From assembly GCA_001599295.1 (NCBI GenBank), contig BCGN01000010.1:124001-188000 (forward strand): a stretch of 64,000 nt of DNA, read 5' to 3'. A program made the position numbers and the translations under genes. The notes under the pieces are model-generated. The model was not told where the DNA came from. It saw only the letters and a program-made list of their open reading frames with translations, and did no database searches. Every line of letters begins with the position of its first letter. The first letter of the stretch is position 1. This stretch comes from Sporopachydermia quercuum. Lineage: Eukaryota. Shown in pieces: positions 10,899-22,594 of the stretch.

Positions 10899-12421
10899 GT
10901 AATAACCCCAGTTCTTTTCAACAGAAAGTCTTCAGTTTGCACTGCTTTCTCATATTACTGTGAACTTAAATATCAAACTGTACATATAATACATCAGCAT
11001 AAGAATAAATTAATATCGATACTACAAATATGAGTAGTCGTTGAAACTAAGTAAGGTAGGCCGTCAGTCTATAGAACATATCTTGATGTTACAGCTACAT
11101 GGATACTCTATTCTCAAATGGTCTTAAGATTGCTTTTATACATATACCATGTGCTTCCTATACGCTTGGAAACAAAATGACTTTGTCGTTGATATCAGCA
11201 GCATCACCGATTTTCCCTTTTGTTTTTGCCAGTTCTTCCTTGAACAGCCTTACTATAAGACCCATTCACAAAGAAGTAGACGGTTCCTTCAAATTCGTCT
11301 GCTCATTTATTATAACTAGTTATATCCCTTATACTGTACAAATAGAAATTATTATTACTCCATCAACGAAATCCTCAAGAAGAAAATACCGATTGTCAAA
11401 TGTTAGTATATTTTCATACGACAATAAATCAATCCGAAGAACAATCGAAGGAAACTTCATCATTCACTATGAATTAATTGATACATTTTCACCTCAAAAT
11501 GAAGCGATCAAATACAAAGAAAAAAAAAGAAACGAAAAGTACCTAGAGGATGATAATGATAACTCGATATGATCTTGAATTTCAAATTTCTATTTCCAAT
11601 TAGCGTATTTTACCAATAATTAATTACCTTTCACTAACTGTACATAATCCTTCTTATCAATTCATTATTCCCATACTCAACACGAAAGGAGAGTAATCTT
11701 ATTCTTATTCTATGACATAATCCTTTATTATAGGATGGTGATGACCTAAATTATTGTCCTAAATAGGAAGGAAACAGTGGTTCTACTAACAAAAGATGAT
11801 TTTAATTTTGCTGGTTTTATTTATATTAAGGAATGAATGTACGATAAAGAAAAGGAAAGAAATAGGGAAAGAAAGGAAATCGGTCCACTTCAATTTGTTT
11901 TGTAGATAATCGCTCTAGATATGTTGATCACGTTATAATTGATTCATTAGGAAATGGTGAGATGAGATCATATCTTGATCGTAGTTGATGGAAAGAAAAA
12001 AGGATGAAATCCAATAGGTCCTGGGTTAATTATGATGAACGGTAAGATTCAATGATATTGTCTATATTAGTCAACATGGTCAAAATATATATTTCATCAA
12101 TGAAATTAGAGAGAAATCTATATTGAAAGTATAGAAATTGTGGAAAGTTAAGTTAAACAAGAGCAAATATTAATGTGACATGGAAACGATGTTTAAGCAG
12201 CCCATTTCTCACTTCTGATCATATTGCACTACTGAAGATATTACGGTAGGGCAAAATAGCGGATTGTCAAGTAAGCCAGAAGTAACAACTATTTGATAGG
12301 GCGGAAGAAAAAACTAGTATATTTAAAAGTGAGCAAATGTGGTGCACATAAATTAACGAGACAATTGACACATTCTAGTCCACTTGATCTAATCTAAGAC
12401 CCAACAAACAAGCCAATAAAG

Positions 12422-12757
12422 ATGCAACCATCAAGGGTCGCTTTCTCTGCAGTAGTATGTAATTTGAATTTCGATTCTGTCAGTATAAGTGAATCAAATG
12501 CTGACACTAGTAAAACCTTCGTAGAAAGCTAAGGGTATCATTGGCTTATTCCCAGTAGAAATCTACCCATTAGGTACGTATGATTATGAAATGAGTATAA
12601 ACATTTTAAAATGGGATCTAACAGTATATAATCAGTGACAGTAATGGCAGTTAGTATGTCAGTTGGAGCCTTTATTGCTCAAAGAAAGATTCAAACAGAT
12701 CCATCGCTGCGCTTGAGACGTCATCAAAGAGTCGATAATTCTGTTTTTAATGATTGA
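12422..12757 (+). CDS. MIN8: NDUFA4/MLRQ-like mitochondrial microprotein (Min8/YPR010C-A-like), 67 aa, 3 exons; not in ORF track
   Basis: Exons 12422-12454, 12525-12573, 12636-12757 (204 nt); introns GTATGT..GCTGAC..GTAG and GTACGT..TCTAAC..TCAG; MQPSRVAFSAVKAKGIIGLFPVEIYPLVTVMAVSMSVGAFIAQRKIQTDPSLRLRRHQRVDNSVFND. Confidence 0.88.
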
Positions 12758-13128
12758 AAGGCTGGTATTTGGTTTGGGGAAAATGCTATATATAATTTAT
12801 GATTAATGAAAATGGGCAATTGCGTTTTGTATTTTTATTTATTGGTTTTTATTTGCCAACTCATCTTATGAATTATAAATTTATATTCATGCTATATACA
12901 GGTGATGCTATCATTTTGTAACCTAGTGAATATTATCTTTTTCAATTGGAGGAACTTCCGTGAAATGATTAGATGTTCAACGAATCTCAAGATTGATTTG
13001 CATGAATCCAGATTTAAAACTCTAATCATTGCTTTTCTTCCCACTATTATTAAAGACATACCGTAGCGTATATAATGATACAAGCACATCATATCAAACT
13101 CTTCACATCAAAATGACAAGAGTCTATT

Positions 13129-13962
13129 CTACTCTTCTATCTCATTTTGCATATTTGTATACACCTCAGTTACTTCATCGATTTCGTCTAAACCGCGTAA
13201 AAGTTTCTTAACAGAGGGTAATACGGTTTCCGAGATATCAACCATTGAATCCTTAATAGGATCATATTCTGTTCCCACATCCTTTAGTTCATATTCAGTT
13301 TTTAACTCCTTTGCAATACCGTTGACTAATGAAGGATCAGTATATACAGCAACAATCCGGTCATTTCCATCTTGTGGTTCCTCCTCAACATCATCAGCAC
13401 CTAAATCAGCTATCCTTTCAAAAACTTCTTCGTAAGTTTTATCGCCACGGTCCAAAATAATATAACCTCTTCTATTGAACAAAAACTGTACACTGCTCAA
13501 AGAGCCCCCAACCCGAGTGAAACAACTTTTTACAAAACCAACAGTTCGAGCACGGTTATCTGTCATTGCTTCTACTATAATAGCAACACCTCCAGGTCCC
13601 ATTCCTTCATATGTAACTGCTTCCCCACTATTACTTCCTGATCCAGAGGCTTTGCTGATAGCACTTTCAATAGTCTTCTTAGGTACGTTTGCCTTAGATG
13701 CTTGTTCCAGTACTGATGATAGCTGTGCATTCAAAGTTGGATCAGGTCCACCTGCTTTAACTGCTACCATAATCATACCTGAAAACTTGCTGTTAATTTT
13801 GTTTCTTTGGGCATCATTCTTCATCTTATCATGTTTAATGGTCGACCATTTGTTATGACCTGAGCATACAATGTTGCTGCTATGGACTAATCTTCTATTG
13901 ACTTGAAAGCATAGGTCTTTTCTAGCAGTGCGATTGACTGCATTTCGAGCAAAAGCAAACAT
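13129..13962 (-). CDS. DPC29: Mitochondrial YebC/TACO1-family translation factor, 277 aa
   Basis: Basic presequence, then SGHNKWSTIKHDK, YEGMGPGGVAIIVEAMTDNRART, VTEVYTN. Confidence 0.93.
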   Translation of the reverse strand: MFAFARNAVNRTARKDLCFQVNRRLVHSSNIVCSGHNKWSTIKHDKMKNDAQRNKINSKFSGMIMVAVKAGGPDPTLNAQLSSVLEQASKANVPKKTIESAISKASGSGSNSGEAVTYEGMGPGGVAIIVEAMTDNRARTVGFVKSCFTRVGGSLSSVQFLFNRRGYIILDRGDKTYEEVFERIADLGADDVEEEPQDGNDRIVAVYTDPSLVNGIAKELKTEYELKDVGTEYDPIKDSMVDISETVLPSVKKLLRGLDEIDEVTEVYTNMQNEIEE

Positions 13963-14655
13963 TATACGAGATTTGCCTAAACAAGTTCAATAGTCTATAA
14001 TGGATAGTACTACTTTGAATTCCACTATGACTTCACTTATAAGCAACTCTGCGTTAGACCATTCTATAGCTTCTCCAAATGAATAAATCACAGTTTTCCA
14101 CCAGCTCTACAATCCCTTTTCAAAGTCTTTTTCTTGAGCAAACTAATAACTGACAGTCTCTCCAACTTACTCATCACTATCAGTCATTCCATCGACCACC
14201 AAACTTCGACCAACTTTTTTTTTTCCCAGGCTATGTTCCATATATTCCATATTTTTCCTTGGAACAACTCATCTACCGCAGAGACCAAGTGAACCTATCA
14301 CAAACCAAATGGGGAAGAAAACCAAAGTCTAAATAAAATATCCGGGTAACTCTAGAAAGAATACTAAGAATCAAGCTCATAACCTTATTATCCCAGTTTA
14401 CATGTATCAGTTTCCCTACTCGTGCATCCATCAATTGTGGTACATACAAAAGCATGATAACATGAATTATCATTGACTGAGGTATTTCATCATTATCCAT
14501 TGACTAAATACTTGTACTTAATATTGTATGACAGTTTGATGTTGTAATCTCTTTATGGCAAATCAAGAGGGATCAATTTAGAGGATTTTGGTTAATCAGG
14601 TGGGGAATTTTTTTCGACAGAACGCAAGATATTCGTAGATAGAATATAATCGAAG

Positions 14656-15145
14656 ATGACAACAGAACAGTATAAGGATCGACAGTTCTTAGCTGTAATT
14701 GGCGATGAGGATACAGTGACAGGAATGCTACTAGCAGGAGTGGGACATATATCTGATGATGCAACTCAATCCAAAAATTATGTGGTGATTGATGCCAAAT
14801 CAACAGATGAAGATATTGAAAAAGCATTTGATGAATATACACAGAAAAGGAAAGACATTGCCGTTGTATTAATTAATCAACATATAGCTGAGAGGATTCG
14901 ATTTAAAGTAGACACCTACACTCAAGCATTCCCAGCTATATTAGAAATTCCATCTAAGGATCATCCATATGGTAAGTACTTTTTTCTAGTTGCCGTGTAG
15001 GGAGAAGAGTAGACAATGAATAATTCTGTGATGGAATTGTAATCGAAACTGATAGTCCCCACTGAATTTATATTTACTAACCTAAATATAAGACCCTGAA
15101 AAGGATTCAGTGTTGAGAAGAGTGAGAAGATTATTTGGAGAGTAA
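14656..15145 (+). CDS. VMA7: V-ATPase V1 subunit F, 122 aa, 2 exons
   Basis: Exons 14656-14971 and 15093-15145; intron [36 protein letters not shown]; spliced end [26 protein letters not shown]. Confidence 0.96.
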
Positions 15146-15360
15146 ATATAGCATGGAAAATTTGTATTCAGGTTTTAAGTGCGAAGGAAGAGAAAAAGAA
15201 CTGGATGGATGTGTTTACAATATAACGGGTAGAATTGTAGAAACAATGCCAATGATTTAGAATTAGCATTTTTACCAATTGAAGGTTAAAACTACGAATT
15301 CAAATTTCTCAGTAATTAATATACGTTTATTCAATCTATCGTTCTATGTGGCGAATGTAG

Positions 15361-17205
15361 CTATTTTTTCTTATTCTTGTTCTTGTTTTTATTTTTATTC
15401 TTGCTGTTCTTCTTTGTGGGAACTGATGAGACTTCGTTTGGCTCAGAGGTTTCTTTGCTATCAACACCAGTATCAGCATCACCATTAATTTCTTCTGTCT
15501 TTGAAACGTCTTGACCTTGCTCTTGATCTACTTTTTGTTCATCTACCAGTTGCTCACCTCCCTCTTTCCTTTGATCTTCTTCGCTCTTTGTCTCGGTTCC
15601 TACAGTATCAGAAGTCAGCTCCATATTCTCCTGAACTTCAGACTTATTTTCAATTGCATCTGCATTTTCTTCAATTTTGTCTTCTACTGCTGATGGTTCG
15701 TTCTCATCAACAATAACTGGTTTACTCTCAATAATTTCAGTTTTTTCATCAATAGGCTCGTTCACAGTTTCAACTACTTCAGCTTCCTCGACATGCTGAT
15801 CACCTTTTATTTCTTCCTCGTGTTGCTCTTCAGTACCAGTAGCTGTTTCCACTGGTAATTGAGTTTCGTTAGTTACTAACTCGGTTGACTCTTCATGAGC
15901 AATGGCTGTTTCTTCTTTTACGGATATTTCACTCTTTTCTTGGGTAGTTGGTTTACTGACTGGTTCCACAGGAGCCTCATGGGTTATATCTATTGCTTCA
16001 GAAACTTTCTCCTCTTTCTCTCTACTATTTTCTGGCTCTTCAGTTTGTATAGTTCCTTCAGTATTGATTGCCTTGGACTCAGCAGCGGTTAATTCTACTG
16101 CTTCCGTAGATGGTTCATCAACAACTGTTAACTCAGGTTCAGTCTCAGGTCCAGCCACAAATATCTTTTCATCACCAATATTCAAATCATCCAGCTTCTG
16201 CTCTAAGCTCTTTACAACACTTTCAACCGGAGCTATCGCTTCACTATCATTGCTTTTGGTCTTTTCCCTATCTTCAGTACTCAGTTTGGGGTCTCTAGAA
16301 GGTGCAGGAGGTTTCTCTCCATTGATTTGAGCTTCAGAAGTCTTAGAATCATCAGCGTTATCAATAGCTGGTGTCTCTTTTCCCTTTCCTCTAGCATTAC
16401 CCTTCCCTTTATAGTGGACATTATTATAGAGAGCAGGATCAGCGTCCAAATAGAATGCTCTCACTCCAACAATTCGTCTTTCATATTCACATGCTTTCAG
16501 CCATTCCGGACGTACCACTGGGATATTCATATCAATTGCTCGCTTCCATTCGTCACCAACTCCTTCCGTGCATATGAAATGGGTTGTATCAACTTGTACA
16601 GTCATCTGTGAAGGTTTACCACCAATATTAGCTAATGCTTCTTCTATATCCTTCTGAGAAAATTCTTCTTCATTTAATGGTCCAAGACAAATAGTAATAC
16701 CTGAAAGATCTGTCATCTTGTGTGTACTTACAGTAACAGTGTTGGATGTTAATACACCAGCAGTTGTATCCAAACGTAAAAAGAAACTGAATTGAGAATC
16801 AATTGGTAATCCAGAGATCTTGTAGGTATTCTGGCCAATTGGTGATATTTGACCAACTCTTTCACTATCTTTGAATAAAACAAACGACTTTACTTCTGAT
16901 ATTCCTAGTTCTATTTTATCCCATTCTAATACAATTGATGTCTGAGTTATGTTTCTGACTCTTAGAACAGGAGGAGAAGGAGCTTTCGAGAACGTAGAGA
17001 GAATTTCGGATTGAATTTCAGAAAACTTCTTTTGTTGAACTTTCTCTAGACTTTCATTTCTATCGCATTTTATCTTTATGATTGATCCTGTTTTCACACC
17101 TTCTGGTAGCAGGATAGTAGGAAATTCGATCAAATGGTGATCTGAGGTTAGTAATAACGCTAGGGAAGCATCAAGTTTACCAACAGTTAAATTGACTTCA
17201 ACCAT
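15361..17205 (-). CDS. CHS5: Exomer subunit Chs5 (FN3 + BRCT, acidic tail), 614 aa
   Basis: MVEVNLTVGKLDASLALLLTSDHHLIEFPTILLP; TQTSIVLEW; NIPVVRPEWLKACE; K/N-rich end. Confidence 0.96.
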   Translation of the reverse strand: MVEVNLTVGKLDASLALLLTSDHHLIEFPTILLPEGVKTGSIIKIKCDRNESLEKVQQKKFSEIQSEILSTFSKAPSPPVLRVRNITQTSIVLEWDKIELGISEVKSFVLFKDSERVGQISPIGQNTYKISGLPIDSQFSFFLRLDTTAGVLTSNTVTVSTHKMTDLSGITICLGPLNEEEFSQKDIEEALANIGGKPSQMTVQVDTTHFICTEGVGDEWKRAIDMNIPVVRPEWLKACEYERRIVGVRAFYLDADPALYNNVHYKGKGNARGKGKETPAIDNADDSKTSEAQINGEKPPAPSRDPKLSTEDREKTKSNDSEAIAPVESVVKSLEQKLDDLNIGDEKIFVAGPETEPELTVVDEPSTEAVELTAAESKAINTEGTIQTEEPENSREKEEKVSEAIDITHEAPVEPVSKPTTQEKSEISVKEETAIAHEESTELVTNETQLPVETATGTEEQHEEEIKGDQHVEEAEVVETVNEPIDEKTEIIESKPVIVDENEPSAVEDKIEENADAIENKSEVQENMELTSDTVGTETKSEEDQRKEGGEQLVDEQKVDQEQGQDVSKTEEINGDADTGVDSKETSEPNEVSSVPTKKNSKNKNKNKNKNKKK

Positions 17206-18077
17206 TGTGTGCTAATAAGAATTTGATGTTAATACAGTATTTAGATGGAAGAGACCTAAATATTTTATGGATGTTTTGTTTTATCGAAGATTGGTGATTC
17301 AATTGTTATTGTAGTGAGAAGTGCTTAACACTTGGCTCTCTGCTCATGAGTGCTACTCCAAGCAGTAATAAGTAGAGAAATCACTTATATTGGAAAATAA
17401 AACAAAATTTCAGTACCGAGTGTTACAGGCCGTCCAACAGACTAGAGAGTACTTTAATGATTAATTTCTTCCGTTCCTTCTATTAACTTCTCATCTTTGT
17501 ATCAATCAATAATGCTCTTCCACCGTTGTCAATTGTCTATATTTCCACTTTTGCACTCAGAAAACGAATGAATGCCAGCATGTAAAGGAAAATTTGAGTT
17601 CTTCTGGACAATTGGGAATATGGACACAGATGTTGGAAAAGAGCTTTCTGTTGCTGGACAACTGAGTTTATCAGTTGTAGACTGTCCGGGAAGCTCAACA
17701 TAGATTCTTATTGCATCAAACAGAATGGATGACAATATTATGAGAGATAGAGATTGACAAATATATACCAATAATGCTCAGATTTATTGTACAAAATCTA
17801 TATTGGGACCATTGCTACATGTATTGACAAGTGANTTATAGTTTACAGGTAAGGAAATCAAGTATTGGCAGTCAATCAGAGGAGATGGTTGGCCACTAGA
17901 ACTCTGGCCAGGGAGAGGGTATTGATAAACTCAGATGAATGTATTAGAAACAATTGACCTACACGTTTATGTGGTTCAAAATTTATATATATAAATAATT
18001 GTTTAAAACGAATCTAATTTTTCCTGTCATTAGATGTCCAGATCCTGAGACCAAAAATACTAGGATTGCAGATAAGC

Positions 18078-18640
18078 CTAACCGAAAGCCTCCATATTGG
18101 AATAATTAACTATTAGCTCATCATTGACAGCATAATCCTAAGAGAGTTAATATCTGATTAGAACAATAATCGTCAAATTCAAAATAATGTTTTTTTAAAC
18201 CTCCTTCTCAAGCTGAACATCAAAATACATACCCCGAACAGGTTACTGATCGTTTCATCTAATGAAGGAGCAAATGATGAATTGATATAACAATACAAGG
18301 ATTCATGTGGTGGCGACTTCAATTTCAACCTCAGGAATCTTATAAGAACTTCAAACTTTTGATCTGATCGTATAACATAAGCTTCTTTCTCTAACCTCTT
18401 AGCAGATGCTATTGATTTGAATCTTATCTTCACTTTGACNGCATTAGGCTTTACGTCTGTGTATCGGTGTAGTTTGAATACTGATTCCAATGGTAAATGA
18501 GACATCATCATTGAAGCTGTAGTTGTGAGAATTGGCTCAGGGGGATTTTCTTCGGGAATAACTCCCGTATCCTTGAGAGACATTTTAGGTGTATTTTTCT
18601 CGTTTTGAGGTTCACTCATATTTCGAATATCGATGTCCAT
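18078..18640 (-). CDS. ATG12: Ubiquitin-like autophagy protein Atg12, 2 exons
   Basis: Exons 18640 (or 18619)-18233 and 18137-18078; intron GTATGT..TTAG; LYCYINSSFAPSLDE; splicing restores C-terminal ELIVNYSNMEAFG. Confidence 0.93.
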
Positions 18641-18992
18641 TTCGAAAATATATTGATTGCTACATAACTGCGAAACTGGCTAAGTTGAATCTAGGAAAAG
18701 ACAAGAAAGCAAATGAATAGTGAATGTGAACCATTATCAAAAATACAAGTTGGAATAGTTCCATTTGAATATAGTTTTATTCTATGGACATAAAAGAGAG
18801 CAAAAACAGCAATTACTGATAAGAAACAGTTCGTGATAGTTCCTTTCACCGTCATTCTCTCATAATTTAAGTTCAATTTTCACTTCGCGTCTCGTCACAA
18901 GAAATAAGTGCCTCTCGCATTATTTGGTCGATGTGATAAGTTTCAAAATCAAAGTAGATCCATGTAAGTTTATTTCTATTTTATATAAAATG

Positions 18993-19027
18993 GTCGAACA
19001 AACTAGTCGAACAAACTAGTCGAACAA
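18993..19027. repeat. 13-bp tandem repeat (GTCGAACAAACTA x2.7)
   Basis: Perfect direct repeats just after TATATAAAA in the ATG12/YBP1 divergent intergenic region. Confidence 0.9.
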
Positions 19028-19677
19028 TTTAACATTAACGATTTATTTCACACAATCATTTTCTTGCTGTAGTATCATTTCAACAACTACTTGTGACTCC
19101 ATATAAATCGCTACAGTACTATGTCCCATTCTATATGCAAGAGTATGCACGAAATACATCTAAGCGCTTGCTCACATGTGATATGTCTTATTTCAGGGTT
19201 ATCCTTACCCACCTACTTTCCCACACCCTGACAATGCATCTCTCTTCTCTGATGATCATATCTCCGCACATTAATGGCTGAATGTTACTCAATCTGTACT
19301 ATCCATATGTTTCTGTTGGATCAACCTTACATTTAAGGGATACATACTTGCTTTAGTTAATTGATTGTACCGGAAATATTGTTCATATTTCGGCAAGAAA
19401 CAGGAAGAATTTAGCCGTTTGCAATAAATAGATCAGATTGTTAATAGAGTCTACTGTGTAACCAGTTGAAGTAACTTGAAAACCGCTGGTGCCTACAGTG
19501 AATGAAGATACCATATAACTAGAAATAACTATTCAATATATTATCAGCACGCATCATAGTAATCCAACACTGGATCCAATAGACCTCGTAAAAAGAAACT
19601 GAATTATGAAGATATATTGGGTAAAACGCAGCTATTACAGTTGATGATTATTTGAGAACAGAAGCAAGTGGTTAACA

Positions 19678-22149
19678 ATGGCTGTAGAAGGGTTAGAAAG
19701 CCTGAGTGAACAGGACTCCGAAAACTTCTCAACTATTAGAAGACTACAGGATATTTTGTCCAGACTGCAGTCACAAATAGGTGAAACTGATACTTATAGT
19801 GGCAACAGTGATGAAAACGAAAGTGAGTCAACTATAGCTGCCGATGAAGACGGAGTAGGCAGTTATGATTCTAGTAATGATAACGAAGCCGAGCAAAATG
19901 CGGAAGAAGAGACAACTCGAAACGCGGACGATGGAAACCAAGATGGAGTTCTATTAAGAGAGAATGACATTTCTGAGGAAAAAGACGACAACTCTCAGGA
20001 AAACGATACTCTTGCAGATAGTGAAGAGTCCTTTGAAGAAGTCGTTCAAATAATTAAAAGTGCTTTCAGAGATTGTCAAGAAACCAAGGATTATATTTCT
20101 TTTACCACAATCATACACTTAAAACTACTGGACTCTTCTAAATTCACCTTTGATGAAAGAACAGAAGTTCTACGTTTATTGTTTGATATCCTCGGGAAGA
20201 ACCCTGAAATTACCTACGCTATTGGATGGGACATTCCTCAGTTGCTATTGAACTATTTTGAAACCGATTTCTTATTCACTGAAGCATTTTATGAAAGCAG
20301 AAACTTAATAGTGTTGATGAAAATATTTGGTGTACTTGCCATTCATGGGAATCCAAAAGAAATGCAAATTAGAACAGCTGAATTATTATCTGAACTCGTG
20401 TTTGATCCTACAGAAGAGGAAAAGCTTTTGAAGTATTATCCTGATGAATCTGAGGATGCCGTACTCCCAGCAAATCCCGCTGAGAAATACTTCAATTTGA
20501 AGTTCCATTCATTGTTTGAACTGTTGATTCAATCTACTAGAAATATCAAAACATTATATCCATCTAAATTCCTAACATCGTTGACAGCAGCAGTGTTGGT
20601 GTTCTTTAGGAAAAACAGAACTGATGTTGGNACGACTGCTCTTGGATTTACGTCAAGACGAGTATATGTATTTGTTAGAGATTATGTTCCAAGCGAGCTT
20701 CCTGATGGTGTTGATTCTACTAGTAGTGAATTCATGATACAACAAAGCGAAGAAATCATAAAACAACAGAAAATCCTACAATGCTTCATCACATATTACA
20801 TTCAAATACTATATGAGAGACTGTACATTCAATGGGCAGCTCTGTTATTTACTGAGATTCAACATGGAGTTGCTGATAAACCATATAAAGAACGCTGTGA
20901 ATGTCATCCTCCTGAAAGGACTGACTCCGTAATGGTTCAAATGACTGGAAGGTTCACCGATCTCTGTTTATCAATGGACCTTAATCTAGATCAACTATTC
21001 CGTCAGCTGGTAGGTCTTGCAAACGATATTTACCCTAAGAGCAAGAATTCTGGTAATCTTGATGATGATATCCTTAAGGTATTCGGTAGAAATTCTGATG
21101 GTCCTGTTAAGAGCAAATACCTAGTAGAAGGGGTAGGAATGGAGTCTTTCCAGTTTCAGTTCCCTGATACTAAGGAAATGTTAATAGTTTCAATGGAAGG
21201 TGTACTTTGCTTATCTACACACTATTTCTGTGAGAATAGACATGAATTACCATTGTTATCTGATATACTGACCCCTGAGAATATTGTTGATTTGGTATTA
21301 ATGTTTGTTATCTATTTAGCAGAAGATGGTGTTGGCGACGTATCTGCTGGTGTTCAAGATGCCGTTTGTTTCTGGTCTTGGATAGTGTTTAAATCGTGTA
21401 CTCCAGAGACTGTGGCGGAAGTGAACCAAGGAAAGCTTGCTGCATTCCTACAGACCATATTTGGTGTAAGTGCTAATATAAAAGATGAAGTTATGAGAAA
21501 GCTATCATTTACATTATGTGCTAAAGTTCTATCACTTGCTCCGGATGACTTTTCATACGTTTTTATAAGGGATTGCTTGAGAGAATGTCCTTATGCTAAC
21601 GTGAATGCTTCATTGATTGGCTTACTGAAAGATTTCATTCTAAGGAAGCGTAGAAGAAAGTGTTCAGAACCGAGCTCTGATGGTTCCCATGAAGCTATTC
21701 CGGGAGCGAAAAATTTGGATGATGATAATACGGAGAACATTACTACAGGCCTATCTAAATTGGCAATTGAAGAACCATTCCTTGTGATTAATGATGAGAG
21801 AAAGAAAGATATAGAGGAACTCGTGTTATTATCACTTTGCAATACGTTCAAGCTGTCAAATGAAGAACTGATGAAGCTCGAGACACCTATTGCCAACCCT
21901 GAGATTACCTTAGATGACTTCAGGGTTTTGCTTTCATGGTTGAACTTTCTAATTGGTACTAAAGTATTGGATAAAATGTTTATTATATTGATGATAGAAA
22001 AGGTGGATTTACTAGCAGACAATGATATTGCTACGAGTAAGGATTCCGTAAGTGGAGAGTCGATTTCCCTTGCTGTGTTGAAAGTTGCAACAGCAAGACT
22101 GAAACAATTCTATTCTCTTGACGATGAAGGTAGTACAAATAACAACTGA
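19678..22149 (+). CDS. YBP1: Yap1-binding protein Ybp1/Ybp2 family, 823 aa
   Basis: AIGWDIP, HGNPKE, NLKFHSLFEL, IKTLYPSKFL, CPY motifs; sits between ATG12 and HPC2. Confidence 0.88.
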   Translation: MAVEGLESLSEQDSENFSTIRRLQDILSRLQSQIGETDTYSGNSDENESESTIAADEDGVGSYDSSNDNEAEQNAEEETTRNADDGNQDGVLLRENDISEEKDDNSQENDTLADSEESFEEVVQIIKSAFRDCQETKDYISFTTIIHLKLLDSSKFTFDERTEVLRLLFDILGKNPEITYAIGWDIPQLLLNYFETDFLFTEAFYESRNLIVLMKIFGVLAIHGNPKEMQIRTAELLSELVFDPTEEEKLLKYYPDESEDAVLPANPAEKYFNLKFHSLFELLIQSTRNIKTLYPSKFLTSLTAAVLVFFRKNRTDVXTTALGFTSRRVYVFVRDYVPSELPDGVDSTSSEFMIQQSEEIIKQQKILQCFITYYIQILYERLYIQWAALLFTEIQHGVADKPYKERCECHPPERTDSVMVQMTGRFTDLCLSMDLNLDQLFRQLVGLANDIYPKSKNSGNLDDDILKVFGRNSDGPVKSKYLVEGVGMESFQFQFPDTKEMLIVSMEGVLCLSTHYFCENRHELPLLSDILTPENIVDLVLMFVIYLAEDGVGDVSAGVQDAVCFWSWIVFKSCTPETVAEVNQGKLAAFLQTIFGVSANIKDEVMRKLSFTLCAKVLSLAPDDFSYVFIRDCLRECPYANVNASLIGLLKDFILRKRRRKCSEPSSDGSHEAIPGAKNLDDDNTENITTGLSKLAIEEPFLVINDERKKDIEELVLLSLCNTFKLSNEELMKLETPIANPEITLDDFRVLLSWLNFLIGTKVLDKMFIILMIEKVDLLADNDIATSKDSVSGESISLAVLKVATARLKQFYSLDDEGSTNNN

Positions 22150-22594
22150 GCTTAAAATAGCTGTAAAAATAGTGTAAGATGTACTTGACTAAAATTTTCA
22201 ATAGAATTAATATGTACATAACGATCGCTTGTAGTAGATGTGATATGGATATAGTAGACGAGAAGCACTATAGGGTATTATAAGGTAATTGGTATATTGT
22301 AATGGCTCGTCTAGTGATGTGATAGCACTGATTTATACTACATGATTCAAATCAAGAAGGAGAAATATTGTACTTGTGAGCCAGGTGTTTACTGTGAATT
22401 CATGATGACAGCATTGAGCCAAACTTGCACTATGTCAAGACATTAGGAGATGGAGTTATTGGATAGTACAAAGAATAGTTTCAAATAACCAATTGATCAA
22501 ACGGCCATCTAATGTATCAAGTAACTGATATGATTATCATAACTCTTTTTAGACTTAAATTCGTACCATAATATAATACATTAAACATTAAATA

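Noticed and set aside
11099..11572. 157-aa + strand ORF
   Set aside because: No recognisable motif, I/S/F-rich composition typical of non-coding AT-rich DNA; splice-like signals lie on the opposite strand
17529..17771. 80-aa minus-strand ORF between CHS5 and ATG12
   Set aside because: TTG start, no recognisable domain or splice support
18993..19027. CRISPR-like array
   Set aside because: Repeats are contiguous with no spacers, and the genome is eukaryotic
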